From NCBI GenBank assembly GCA_017409005.1, contig JAFQTP010000002.1:162943-226942 (forward strand): DNA of 64,000 nucleotides, given 5' to 3'. Below the pieces are notes generated by a model, which was not told the origin of the DNA, ran no database searches, and saw nothing but the letters and a program-made list of their open reading frames with translations. The stretch comes from Clostridia bacterium. Lineage in GTDB: Bacteria; Bacillota; Clostridia; Christensenellales; UBA1242. Positions 46,228-56,090 of this stretch are shown in pieces (the first letter of the stretch is position 1; every line of letters begins with the position of its first letter). A program made the position numbers and the translations under genes.

Positions 46228-46938
46228 TTATTTAACCATTGCGTTAAACACTAACTTGTTGTTAACATATCCGCAAACTTGTTGATTTTCAGAAATTAAA
46301 AAATAAACCTTAATTTGGTCGTTTAAACGGCATTCCGAAACAAAACTTATTTCAAAATGAGTTAAGCGTTTTTCTTTAATTGCATTTACTATTAGGTTTG
46401 CATAATTTGTGTTGTTCATGTGTTCGTTATGGTCTAGGTCGGAGTGTTGAACAGAATAAACAAATTCCGGTGTTAAATTATCAACTTCAAAACTAGGAAC
46501 TTTTGAAAAACGTTCCTCGTAGTTAACTGTTTTAACAAACTGACCGGAGGTATATTCTACTGCATCGGTTCTAGAAAGTGTTCTGGTTTTGGTATCAATA
46601 ACGCACCATTTGCTGGTTCCTTTAACCAAAACTTCGCCACTTAGGCTTTTAATTAAATAATCGCGGTCAAAATCTATTCTGCCTTTTTCGTGTGGCCAAG
46701 TTTCAACAAGCACAATTTGGTTAATTTTGGGCATTTTAACAACATCATATTTAACACGGCTTAGCACCCAAAACAAATTTTTTTCAAGCATTGTTAAATA
46801 TCCCACACCAATTTGTTCGCCGTGCTCTGATGCAACATCTTGAAAAACACTTAAAACACTTTGCGGTTTAAGCTCGTTGTTGCAATCAAAATAACTATTA
46901 AAAAGTTGAATTTGTGTTGAATATTTTATTTCGTTCAT
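46228..46938 (-). CDS. acyl-ACP thioesterase
   Basis: Double hot-dog size (236 aa). The N-terminal pattern and the LDHNEHMNNTNY catalytic region are typical of FatA/B-like thioesterases. Confidence 0.7.
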   Translation of the reverse strand: MNEIKYSTQIQLFNSYFDCNNELKPQSVLSVFQDVASEHGEQIGVGYLTMLEKNLFWVLSRVKYDVVKMPKINQIVLVETWPHEKGRIDFDRDYLIKSLSGEVLVKGTSKWCVIDTKTRTLSRTDAVEYTSGQFVKTVNYEERFSKVPSFEVDNLTPEFVYSVQHSDLDHNEHMNNTNYANLIVNAIKEKRLTHFEISFVSECRLNDQIKVYFLISENQQVCGYVNNKLVFNAMVK

Positions 46939-47084
46939 GTTTACCTCTTTAAACTTTTAGCCAACAAAACAATTTAACTCTAATTTTAAATTTGTGTCAA
47001 TTAAATATAAAAACAAAAAGCGCTAAGTGTTAGATATTGAACTTAAAGTTAAATTATGTTAAAATAAAAAATAGGGAGAACCTT

Positions 47085-48029
47085 ATGGAACAAAGTTTTG
47101 TTGAAAATTTTAAACTTAATAAGTTATTAAACGAAAGACTAAGAGCAATTAGAAAAAAGAACTCCGAATTTAAACCTAGTGCTAAAGGTTCTTATTCGTT
47201 TTGCTATCCGTTTAAAAATTTTGTTATATTAAAAAATATTCACAAATATCCGCTTGGCTACGATGCTCAACAAATGGAAGAAAATTTTGAACTTAGAAAG
47301 CAACGTTTTAACGAAATTAAAGCTAGGTACGGCGTTAACATTGCCGAACACTTTTGCTGTTATGCAGGAAAATATCGTTTTTATATTATTCAAGAACGCT
47401 TAGAAGGCGAAATTTTAAGTGTTCACTATCCATCAACAGCACGTAGTATTGCAAGGGGCAAAAACGAACATGGCGAATATACTGTTCATGATAACAACGA
47501 CCATCGTATTTTAGGTGAAGAACAAAGAATGCGTGAGTTTGATGAAAACGAAATAGGAACATATGAATATGGTTACATTTCGAAAGCTGTAAGCATTAGA
47601 AACAATGCAATGTTAAAACAATTAAGAGCAGCCGATCAATCAATTTATGATAAGTTTGTTCGTGATTTTAAACTACTAATTGAAAATGGTGTTTCAATTG
47701 ATACAAGTTTATCTGAAAACTTTTTGTTTGATAAAAAGAAGGGTTTCTCATTTGTAGATTTAGATTTTTATCCAGAAAACTATAAAATGCCATCAGATGG
47801 CGATATTGCACATAAAATATTTGATGCTTTTCAAGATTTTGGCAGATATAAACACCCGGATTACGAAAAAGCAAATTCAACTGGTTTTATGATTGTTAAA
47901 AGTAAAAGTTTGCAAGCCATTAAAAACAATCGTTTTCAGTTAACACCTGAAGAATGGTTAATTTTTGAAAATATGTGTGGTAAGAATGTAGATTCACATT
48001 ATGCAAAATTAAAGGGTATTTTTAAATAA
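47085..48029 (+). CDS. hypothetical protein with protein-kinase-like fold features
   Basis: GGGAGA RBS before the ATG at 47085. IIQERLEGE hinge-like segment, IDTSLSENFLF catalytic-loop-like segment and FVDLD (DFG-like). Confidence 0.55.
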   Translation: MEQSFVENFKLNKLLNERLRAIRKKNSEFKPSAKGSYSFCYPFKNFVILKNIHKYPLGYDAQQMEENFELRKQRFNEIKARYGVNIAEHFCCYAGKYRFYIIQERLEGEILSVHYPSTARSIARGKNEHGEYTVHDNNDHRILGEEQRMREFDENEIGTYEYGYISKAVSIRNNAMLKQLRAADQSIYDKFVRDFKLLIENGVSIDTSLSENFLFDKKKGFSFVDLDFYPENYKMPSDGDIAHKIFDAFQDFGRYKHPDYEKANSTGFMIVKSKSLQAIKNNRFQLTPEEWLIFENMCGKNVDSHYAKLKGIFK

Positions 48030-48142
48030 TTTAATATATTTAAAATTTGACTAAACAACAACATAAGTGTAAACTAATTAAGAAAAAAATAATTGGTTTA
48101 CATTTTTGTTTTAAACATAAATGTTTAATTTTAGGAGATTAT

Positions 48143-49882
48143 ATGACAAAACAAAATATTTATCGCACTCATAATTGTGGCGAACTTAGAATTTCTGATG
48201 TTAACAAAAACGTTACACTTTCCGGCTGGGTTAACTCAGTTCGTAAACTTGGCGGAATTGTGTTTTTAACCCTTCGCGACCATTTTGGTGTTACTCAAAT
48301 TTTAATTGAAAACGAAGAAATGGTTAAAAATATTTGCAAAGAAACCGTTGTAAAAATTGAAGGTGTTGTTTTAGAACGTAGTGCAAAAAATGCAAAAATG
48401 GAAACTGGCGATATTGAAGTTAAAGCAAGCACTTTAACTGTTCTTGGTAAAAGTAAAAACGTTTTACCATTCGAAATTGCCGATGCGCCTAACACCAAAG
48501 AAGATTTACGCTTAAAATATCGCTACTTAGACCTTCGTAATCCAGAAATGCATCAAATGCTTATTAAACGTTCGCAAATTTTACAATACGTTCGTAACAC
48601 GATGTGCGACATGGGCTTTATTGAAGTTCAAACCCCAATTTTAACATCTTCTTCTCCAGAGGGTGCAAGAGACTATATTGTTCCAACAATTAATGCACCA
48701 GGCGAGTTTTATGCACTTCCACAAGCACCACAACAATTTAAACAACTTTTAATGGTTTCGGGTTACGATAAATACTTCCAAATTGCACCATGCTTTAGAA
48801 ACGAAGCTGCTCGTGCCGACCGCACACCAGGTGAATTTTATCAAATCGACTTTGAAATGAGTTTTGCAACACAAGAAGATGTTTTTGAAGTTGCCGAAAA
48901 TTTAAGTTATGGTATTTACACAAACTTCACATCTTACGATGTTTGCCCAAAACCTTATGTTAGGTTGCCATATAAGGAAGCAATTAGTAAATATTGTTCC
49001 GATAAACCAGACCTAAGAAATCCACTTATTGTTCACGATGTTACAAATATTTTTGCTGGCACCGAATTTGGTGCTTTCCAAAACAAAACCATTAAAGCAA
49101 TTGCCACAAAATGCGAACAACCTCGCCGTTTCTACGACGACCTTGGCAAACTTATTGTTTCATACGAAGGCAAGGGCTGTGCTTGGGTTAAATACACCGA
49201 AGAGGGCTTTACTGGCGGAATTGCTAAATTTATTACCGAACAAGTTGGCAAAGATTTAATTAACGAATTTAATTTAACTGTTGGCGATTCTATTTTCTTT
49301 ATTGCCGACGAAGAAAACATGGCAATTAAACTAACAAACGTGCTTCGTAATGAACTTGGCGAAAAACTAAATTTAATTGATAAAAATAAAGTTATTTTCT
49401 GTTGGATTGTAGATTTTCCTTTCTACGAACTTAACGAAGAAACTAACGCTGTAGATTTTGGACATAACCCATTTAGCATGCCACAAGGTGGAATGGACGC
49501 ACTTCTTCATAAAAACCCACTAGAAATTTATGCATATCAATATGACCTTGTTTGCAACGGATACGAAATGCTTAGCGGTGCGGTTAGAAACTACGACCAA
49601 GACGTTATGGTTAAAGCATTTGAAATTGCTGGATACAACCGCGAAGTTGTTGAAAACAAATTCCCAGCACTATTTAATGCGTTTAGTTATGGAGCGCCTC
49701 CACATGCAGGCGGAGCATTTGGTTTCGACCGCATGCTTATGCCAATTTTAAATAAGGAAGTTATTCGTGATGTTATTGCTTTCCCTCTAAACAAGTCGGG
49801 CCGTGATGCACTTATGGGTGCTCCAAGCAAAGTAAGCGAAAAACAACTTAAAGATGTTGGAATTAAATTAATTGAGGAATAA
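48143..49882 (+). CDS. aspS: aspartyl-tRNA synthetase
   Basis: Class IIb motifs FRNEAARADRTPGEFYQID and GGAFGFDRMLM. The AGGAG RBS before the ATG at 48143 gives a canonical MTKQNIYRTHNCGELR N-terminus. Confidence 0.93.
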   Translation: MTKQNIYRTHNCGELRISDVNKNVTLSGWVNSVRKLGGIVFLTLRDHFGVTQILIENEEMVKNICKETVVKIEGVVLERSAKNAKMETGDIEVKASTLTVLGKSKNVLPFEIADAPNTKEDLRLKYRYLDLRNPEMHQMLIKRSQILQYVRNTMCDMGFIEVQTPILTSSSPEGARDYIVPTINAPGEFYALPQAPQQFKQLLMVSGYDKYFQIAPCFRNEAARADRTPGEFYQIDFEMSFATQEDVFEVAENLSYGIYTNFTSYDVCPKPYVRLPYKEAISKYCSDKPDLRNPLIVHDVTNIFAGTEFGAFQNKTIKAIATKCEQPRRFYDDLGKLIVSYEGKGCAWVKYTEEGFTGGIAKFITEQVGKDLINEFNLTVGDSIFFIADEENMAIKLTNVLRNELGEKLNLIDKNKVIFCWIVDFPFYELNEETNAVDFGHNPFSMPQGGMDALLHKNPLEIYAYQYDLVCNGYEMLSGAVRNYDQDVMVKAFEIAGYNREVVENKFPALFNAFSYGAPPHAGGAFGFDRMLMPILNKEVIRDVIAFPLNKSGRDALMGAPSKVSEKQLKDVGIKLIEE

Positions 49883-49887
49883 TTTTT

Positions 49888-51267
49888 ATGAAAAAACTTG
49901 ATTTAAATGTTATTAAAAAAGACCCATCTAAATATGAAGGGCAGGTTATAACTGTTGGCGGTTGGGCTCGCTCGGTTAGAGATATGAAAAACTTTGGGTT
50001 TATTGATTTAAACGATGGCACAACCTTTAAAGGTTTACAAATTGTTTTAAACACCGAAAAACTTTCTAACTATGCCGAAGTTGCTAAACTAAACTCTGGC
50101 AGCAGTTTAATGGTTAAAGGTTTATTTAAACTAACCCCAAACGCAAAACAACCATACGAGTTAGAGGCTGAAGAAATTGAAATTATTTGTGCAACCGATA
50201 GCACATATCCGCTTCAAAAGAAAGGCCACACAATGGAGTTTTTACGTGAAAATGCATATCTTCGTCCTCGCACAAACTTATTTAATGCTGTGTTTAGGGT
50301 AAGAAGCGAAGCTCAGTTTGCATTGCATCAATTTTTTAACTCGCAAGGTTTTGTTAACTTGCAAGCACCAATTTTAACCTCGTCCGATTGCGAGGGTGCA
50401 GGCGAATTATTTAAAGTTAGCACACAAGATATTTATAGTGGTAAAAAATTAAATCCTGCCGACGAACTTATGGGTAAAGCTGTTTACCTAAGTCCATCTT
50501 GCCAACTAGAGGGCGAAGCATTTGCTTTGGCACTTGGCAAAATTTACACATTTGGTCCATCGTTTAGGGCAGAAAACAGCCACACAATTAAACACGCAAA
50601 CGAGTTTTGGCACATCGAACCTGAAATGGCTTTCTACGAACTTGAAGACGATATGGACGTTATGGAAGCAATGCTTAAATACACCATTAACTATTTGTTT
50701 GAAAAATGCCCAGAGGAACTAAAATTCTTTGATAGTTTTGTTGAAAAAGGATTAATTGATAAACTTAAAAATGTTACCGACAACGATTTTGCTAGGGTAA
50801 CTTACACCGATGCAATTAAAATTTTAGAAAAAAATAACGATAAATTCGAGTTTAAAGTTGAGTGGGGTTCCGATATTCAAACCGAACACGAAAAATATTT
50901 AACCGATGTTGTTTATAAAAAACCTGTGTTTGTTTATAACTATCCTAAAGATATTAAGGCATTCTACATGAAACTTAACGACGACGGCAAAACCGTTAAA
51001 GCAACCGACCTTCTTTGCCCTCAAGTTGGCGAACTTTGTGGAGCTAGCGAAAGGGAAGAACGTTACGATGTTTTAATGAACCGCATTAAAGAACTTGGTT
51101 TAAATGAAAAAGATTACTGGTGGTTTTTAAATCTACGTAAATTTGGTTCGGTTAAACACAGTGGCTTTGGTATGGGATTTGATAGGTTTATTATGTATGT
51201 AACCGGCATGCAAAACATTAGAGATGTTTTACCTTTCCCTCGCACACCAAATAACTGCGAATTTTAA
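49888..51267 (+). CDS. asnS: asparaginyl-tRNA synthetase
   Basis: FRAENSHTIKHANEFWHIEPEMAF and GFGMGFDRFIMYVTG. Starts 5 nt after aspS. Confidence 0.92.
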   Translation: MKKLDLNVIKKDPSKYEGQVITVGGWARSVRDMKNFGFIDLNDGTTFKGLQIVLNTEKLSNYAEVAKLNSGSSLMVKGLFKLTPNAKQPYELEAEEIEIICATDSTYPLQKKGHTMEFLRENAYLRPRTNLFNAVFRVRSEAQFALHQFFNSQGFVNLQAPILTSSDCEGAGELFKVSTQDIYSGKKLNPADELMGKAVYLSPSCQLEGEAFALALGKIYTFGPSFRAENSHTIKHANEFWHIEPEMAFYELEDDMDVMEAMLKYTINYLFEKCPEELKFFDSFVEKGLIDKLKNVTDNDFARVTYTDAIKILEKNNDKFEFKVEWGSDIQTEHEKYLTDVVYKKPVFVYNYPKDIKAFYMKLNDDGKTVKATDLLCPQVGELCGASEREERYDVLMNRIKELGLNEKDYWWFLNLRKFGSVKHSGFGMGFDRFIMYVTGMQNIRDVLPFPRTPNNCEF

Positions 51268-51289
51268 TATTAAATTTAATTAAAAATAA

Positions 51290-51319
51290 AAAAGTAGCAA
51301 ATGATTGCTACTTTTTTTG
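51290..51319 (+). terminator. rho-independent terminator after asnS
   Basis: AGTAGCAA / TTGCTACT stem plus T7. Confidence 0.85.
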
Positions 51320-51353
51320 TTTGTTAATTAAACTTTTTTTAAATTGAAAGGTT

Positions 51354-51794
51354 TTAGTTTTTTCCAGAAACAAAATCGGCTTGCAAGGTTTTAACGTGCT
51401 CCTCAACTGCGCGTGTAACACCACTAGTGCTTCCACCAATCATTTTAAGCCTAGCTTCGGTCATGTTTCCTTTTTCTTTTGGATTATATTCAAAAATGCG
51501 TCCTTGTTGCCCAACGCCTGCAATATGATAGCCTGCTTTACCAATAAAGTCGTGTTTCGAAATTTCGCCATTTTTACCATAATGAAGCATATAAACACTC
51601 ATTTCGCCAAACGGAATGTTTTCAAGCGACACTGTTGCATACACTTTTGTGCGGTTGTCGTTTGCTCCTAAAGTAAAAATTGTAAAGTTTGGCATTTCGG
51701 TGGTTTCGCCATTTTCGTCTTTATATTTTGGAACCAAAATTTCATTAAGAACATAAAGTTCTTCAATTTGTCTAGCAATTATATTGTTTCCCAT
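51354..51794 (-). CDS. hypothetical protein
   Basis: ATG at 51794 with a GAGGT RBS. 146 aa with no motif I recognise. Confidence 0.6.
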   Translation of the reverse strand: MGNNIIARQIEELYVLNEILVPKYKDENGETTEMPNFTIFTLGANDNRTKVYATVSLENIPFGEMSVYMLHYGKNGEISKHDFIGKAGYHIAGVGQQGRIFEYNPKEKGNMTEARLKMIGGSTSGVTRAVEEHVKTLQADFVSGKN

Positions 51795-51915
51795 ATATAA
51801 CCTCAATAATTTATTTTACACCATTATTATAACAATGCTTAAACCAACTTTCAAGAGGTAACTAAAAATTTTATATGTAATTTTTTAAATTTTATAAAAA
51901 TAAAAAAGCAAGGCT

Positions 51916-52563
51916 TTACCTTTGCTTTTCAATATCGGTATATTTAACTTTTGCTTCACGTTCAACAAAACGTTTTAAAACATTAAGTTTTTGTTTTGCA
52001 AAGTTTTTTGCAATGTTACTATGCAGCAAGTTTGCTTGCGGAATCATGGTTCTATATACATAGTGCGAAGTTGAAAGCGGATTAATATCCGGCACATACT
52101 CGTTACTATTTAACGCATAGTTTAAATTGTGGGTTGGAATGTTTTTTGTTTTACAATATTTTAATGTTCGTTTAAGCCCACGTTTACCTAAAGCATCAAT
52201 AATGTCGGCATCAATTAAAATATATAACTCTTGGTGCTCGACATTTTTAATTGTTTTATTTTCATGATTTTCAATTAAATATAAAATTTTATTTAAATCG
52301 GATTGGTTTAGGTTAAAAATAGCTAGTAACTTTTTAACTTCTGCAACCGATTCTGGTGCTGTAACGTGTTTTGTTTTCGACATAACTCTGTGCATGTCGT
52401 GGAAGAGAGCAGCAACACAAAGTGTAAAATAATCGCCACCTTCCGTTTTCCAAATTTTTTGGCAAGTTTTAAGCACTCGTTTAATATGCCCAAAATTGTG
52501 CCCGGTGTTTTCGTTTTTATAAATTTGTTTTGCTAAACTATAGTAGGGTTTAAGGCTTTTCAT
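51916..52563 (-). CDS. HD-domain phosphohydrolase
   Basis: HNFGHIKRV ... AALFHDMHR ... DADIIDALG. Confidence 0.75.
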   Translation of the reverse strand: MKSLKPYYSLAKQIYKNENTGHNFGHIKRVLKTCQKIWKTEGGDYFTLCVAALFHDMHRVMSKTKHVTAPESVAEVKKLLAIFNLNQSDLNKILYLIENHENKTIKNVEHQELYILIDADIIDALGKRGLKRTLKYCKTKNIPTHNLNYALNSNEYVPDINPLSTSHYVYRTMIPQANLLHSNIAKNFAKQKLNVLKRFVEREAKVKYTDIEKQR

Positions 52564-52638
52564 TTTTTTTCTCCTTAAACAAGTTTAACAATTTAGTTTT
52601 TAAGTGTAAAACAATTTAATATTTTTATGTAACAAAAT

Positions 52639-54423
52639 TTAATTTGATATTTTCCAGCCAGCATATAAAACTAAATATCTGCCAGTTATTTCGGTAAAAG
52701 GTTCTGATAATTCTTGGTTAACTTGAGTGTTTACTTCAATAAGTGTTGTAAACCAACCAACAAAGGTATATCCGGTTTTTATTGGAATTGGTAGTGTGTA
52801 TTCTTGGTTTTCAACAACAATTAGTTCTGTTAAATTGCTTTGTCCGCCATTTAACACAAACTGAATGCGAGTTGCGTTTTTGGTGTATTGTCCGCTAATT
52901 TCAACAACTTGTTTATTTTCAATATCTTGAATAAACGAGTTTGTTAAAACTTCCATTCCGTTTAAAATCCAACCACCAAATTGGTCGCCGGAAACAAGTG
53001 CCGAAATGTTGGTTACACTTCTTGAAATGTTTTCGGTAACAACCAGCGAATTATCTTCAACCGATATCCAACTTCCATAACTAAAACAACCATAGTTTTT
53101 ATCGTCAACAATTAATTCGTAGGTGTTAACTTTAACATTTTCAACCCTAAGTGTTAGGTTGGTTTTAACATTATTAAAACTATATGTGTTTTTTGTTTTA
53201 GTTGGATAAATTATTTTGCCATCTGCTTCGGCGAAAACTTTAATTTCAGAGTTAGAATATGCTCTAGATAAAGTTATTTCAAATTGCAAATTACTATTAT
53301 AACTTATTTGAGCTGTTTTTCCGTTTGTTATGTGCTCGGTTTCATAACTAATAACATAACAGCCGCTGCTTTTAGGAAACTCAACCAAATAGGTTTCAAT
53401 TTGCCAAACAGGGGTTAATGTTAGGCTTTTTGTTACAATATGGTTTAAGCTTATAAAGTTTTGGTTTTGGTCGGTAAAACCTAAAAGAGTGTGTCCGTCA
53501 TTAGTTAAAACTGGAGGTGTTAAACAACTGCCATGTGTTTGAGTAAGTGTTGTTGTTTCGCCGTTTATATTATAATTAATTAAATAACTATTTATTGTTA
53601 TGTTATTAACATACACATTTAAATTTGTGTTAAAGTTTTCAATCTTTATTTTATAAACATTTTCAGTTTGTGTATGACTAACAACTCCACTAGAAGTTTC
53701 AATTTTAAGTTCCGAATCACTAACACTATCGCTAAGAGCAATCTCAAATTCTAGTTTGTTACCAAGTGCAATTTTTCCAGTTAAATCGGTGTTTAACGTG
53801 GCATTACTAAAATCGCCATATATATTATAAGAAACAAACACATCTTTATAAATTGCTTGCAAAGTTAAATTTAAACCATTAACACTATTTAAACTAAAAT
53901 TATCAAGAGTAAAAGTGTTGGTTTCGTCAGTTATAATCCACTTATCAAATTTTTTATTTTCAAGTTCTGGCGGTGTTAAAGTTGTAAATTTGCCATCGCT
54001 ATTAAAGCAAACACTATTGCCGTTTAGGATTATGTTTGAAGTGTGGTCTATATGGTATATAGTTTGGTTGTAGGTTAAATTATATTGTTTTTCTTGCCAC
54101 TTAGCGTAAAGCGTTAATTCTTTATCAACAACCAAGTCGGTTGAAACTAAACTATTTAAATTTTTGTCTAACGACCACCCAACAAAACTATATCCGGCTT
54201 TTGTTGGTGTGTCGGGAAAGTTTAATTTTTCGCCCTTTTGGTAAGTTTGAACCAGCACATCATTAATTCCTTTAACAAACTCCACATTAAATGTTAAATA
54301 CGAATTTAGGTTTCTAACAACACCCCAAATTGTTAAACCTAGTGCCATGCACAAAACTAGCAGGGTGGATATAATGGCCCATTTTATTTTCTTCGAGCCC
54401 AACAAGTTAAGTCTATTTTCCAT
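52639..54423 (-). CDS. membrane-anchored surface protein with Listeria-Bacteroides repeats
   Basis: N-terminal TM anchor. GYSFVGWSLD near the N-terminus and GYTFVGWFT near the C-terminus. Beta-rich Asn/Thr-rich middle. Confidence 0.75.
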   Translation of the reverse strand: MENRLNLLGSKKIKWAIISTLLVLCMALGLTIWGVVRNLNSYLTFNVEFVKGINDVLVQTYQKGEKLNFPDTPTKAGYSFVGWSLDKNLNSLVSTDLVVDKELTLYAKWQEKQYNLTYNQTIYHIDHTSNIILNGNSVCFNSDGKFTTLTPPELENKKFDKWIITDETNTFTLDNFSLNSVNGLNLTLQAIYKDVFVSYNIYGDFSNATLNTDLTGKIALGNKLEFEIALSDSVSDSELKIETSSGVVSHTQTENVYKIKIENFNTNLNVYVNNITINSYLINYNINGETTTLTQTHGSCLTPPVLTNDGHTLLGFTDQNQNFISLNHIVTKSLTLTPVWQIETYLVEFPKSSGCYVISYETEHITNGKTAQISYNSNLQFEITLSRAYSNSEIKVFAEADGKIIYPTKTKNTYSFNNVKTNLTLRVENVKVNTYELIVDDKNYGCFSYGSWISVEDNSLVVTENISRSVTNISALVSGDQFGGWILNGMEVLTNSFIQDIENKQVVEISGQYTKNATRIQFVLNGGQSNLTELIVVENQEYTLPIPIKTGYTFVGWFTTLIEVNTQVNQELSEPFTEITGRYLVLYAGWKISN

Positions 54424-54651
54424 TTTTCCAAGTCCTTAAATCTAGTAAATTTCCATTATTTTCCATTCGCCATTTTTCGACAAAAACGGCAAGGGCAATT
54501 ATACCACCGTTATTTTTTAAGGTCAAACAAAAATTTCGACTAAAGCACAATTTTATTTTTTTTGGTTTAATCTTACAAAAATTAAAAAAAAGGCAAATAA
54601 AACTTGCCATTTTTGTTTTTATTATATTCTGTTTTGTATTCTAGTTAAAAC

Positions 54652-55023
54652 CTACCTACCTTTGCCATCGGTTTTAGGGCCAAACATGCTAGCCATTTCA
54701 ATATTTGATGTATAACTACACAAAAATCTGCGTTCAAATTCTTTTTGTGGTAGGTTTGGGTGCAAAATTGCTTTAACAACTTTGCCATCAAAAGTTATTC
54801 TAACACCAAGTTTTTTTAATCCCTCTAAATTTGCTTCAATTTCTGGCTGCAAAGTTCTAACCAAATCTTTTAACTCCTCGCGGCTAGAAATTTTGCCTTG
54901 CAAATTAACTTCTAAAACTTCAATATATTCTTTTTCGTTGGTAGGTTTGGTGGTGTGAGTGGTAAGGTCCATAACCGATTTATATATAAACCTAGTGCTT
55001 CGTTTTGTTGAATAGTTAAACAT
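54652..55023 (-). CDS. hypothetical protein
   Basis: 123-aa ORF with a terminator hairpin downstream at about 54587-54616. Confidence 0.55.
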   Translation of the reverse strand: MFNYSTKRSTRFIYKSVMDLTTHTTKPTNEKEYIEVLEVNLQGKISSREELKDLVRTLQPEIEANLEGLKKLGVRITFDGKVVKAILHPNLPQKEFERRFLCSYTSNIEMASMFGPKTDGKGR

Positions 55024-55255
55024 AAAAAATAACCTCGCTTTTGCAAGGTTATTTTATCATAGTAAAATTATTATTTCAATATGTGTTTTAAATTATTTAA
55101 TGCCTTTACCTTAGTTAAATCTCCTTATTGTTTGCATTAAAATAATAACACAAATTAGTTTTAAATGCAGTGGCAAATGTTTGCGTTGTTAACAATATGA
55201 AATAACAATAAATTAGTGTGCAATCAAATATTATTTATTTTGTTGTTATATTCAA

Positions 55256-55287
55256 TTTAAAAAGACTATCTAACCGATAGCCTTTTT
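55256..55287 (-). terminator. terminator after tRNA-Gln
   Basis: Minus strand GGCTATC-GGTTA-GATAGTC followed by a T-run. Confidence 0.7.
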
Positions 55288-55292
55288 TGTTT

Positions 55293-55368
55293 TGGCTGGG
55301 GTGGTAGGATTTGAACCCACGAATGGAAGAGTCAGAATCTTCTGCCTTAGCCTCTTGGCGACACCCCA
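55293..55368 (-). tRNA. tRNA-Gln (anticodon CUG)
   Basis: Sense strand reads TGGGGTGTCGCCAAGAGGCTAAGGCAGAAGATTCTGACTCTTCCATTCGTGGGTTCAAATCCTACCACCCCAGCCA. This is collinear with the bacterial tRNA-Gln architecture, with anticodon loop TTCTGAC. Confidence 0.9.
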
Positions 55369-55699
55369 ATAAATAAGTAATAAATTTAACGTTTTTATAG
55401 TAGCACTAACACACATAAAATTCAAGTTAATTTAGTTAAATTAACACACATAATTTGCTTTAAAATTTATGTAAATTATAGTAAACTTTATGTGTTAAAT
55501 AAATCATATTATTTTATGTGGAGCGTGGTAAATATTGTGCATCTTCATTTATTATACGCCACATAATTAAGGGTGCATGAATTATACGAAACAATGTTGC
55601 AACTTTAACAATTATGGTTTAATTTAATAAAACTATACACTTTTTGACAATAACATTAAGTTTTTAGTCAAATAATATTTAATTTGAGGAGGGCATTAA

Positions 55700-56083
55700 A
55701 TGGCAAAACGAAAATCAAGTTCGCAACGAATGGTTGAAAATGCTGTTAAGAAAACCCACGAATTAACAATTTTCTTTTGCGTTTTGTTTTTAATAATTGG
55801 TGCAGTTGGGGGCTGGTTTGGTTATACCATAATTTCTAAAAACGACACCTTTGAAGTTGTGGGCGAAAAAGAAATAACTTTAACCATTGGGCAAACCTAC
55901 ACCGAGCAAGGTTGCAAAGCTGTTGCTTTTGGAAAGGATTTATCGGAACAAATTAAAATCGAATCGGATATCGACACAACAAAAGAGGGAACTTACTTTG
56001 TTGTTTACACGGTTGATAACTTTAAATATAAAAACATTCAAAAGGTTAGGGTAATTAATGTTGTTGCCCCAACAGAAGGGTAG
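55700..56083 (+). CDS. membrane-anchored protein with Ig-like (DUF5011-type) domain
   Basis: TM anchor, then TLTIGQTYTEQGCKAVAFGKDL...GTYFVVYTV. GAGGAGG RBS. Confidence 0.65.
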   Translation: MAKRKSSSQRMVENAVKKTHELTIFFCVLFLIIGAVGGWFGYTIISKNDTFEVVGEKEITLTIGQTYTEQGCKAVAFGKDLSEQIKIESDIDTTKEGTYFVVYTVDNFKYKNIQKVRVINVVAPTEG

Positions 56084-56090
56084 GTGAACT

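Noticed and set aside
48030-48142. T-box or other leader upstream of aspS, and the longer ORF start at 48047. Similar checks were made upstream of gatC (60448-60540) and for a Mn riboswitch upstream of the metal transporter (61708-61883).
   Set aside because: The regions are too short and AT-rich, and they lack a specifier hairpin, T-box sequence or conserved riboswitch cores. The AGGAG RBS supports the 48143 start, which gives a canonical AspRS N-terminus.
54413-54610. 65-aa ORF upstream of the surface protein gene.
   Set aside because: It covers the promoter and terminator region of neighbouring genes, has no RBS and overlaps the start of 52639..54423.
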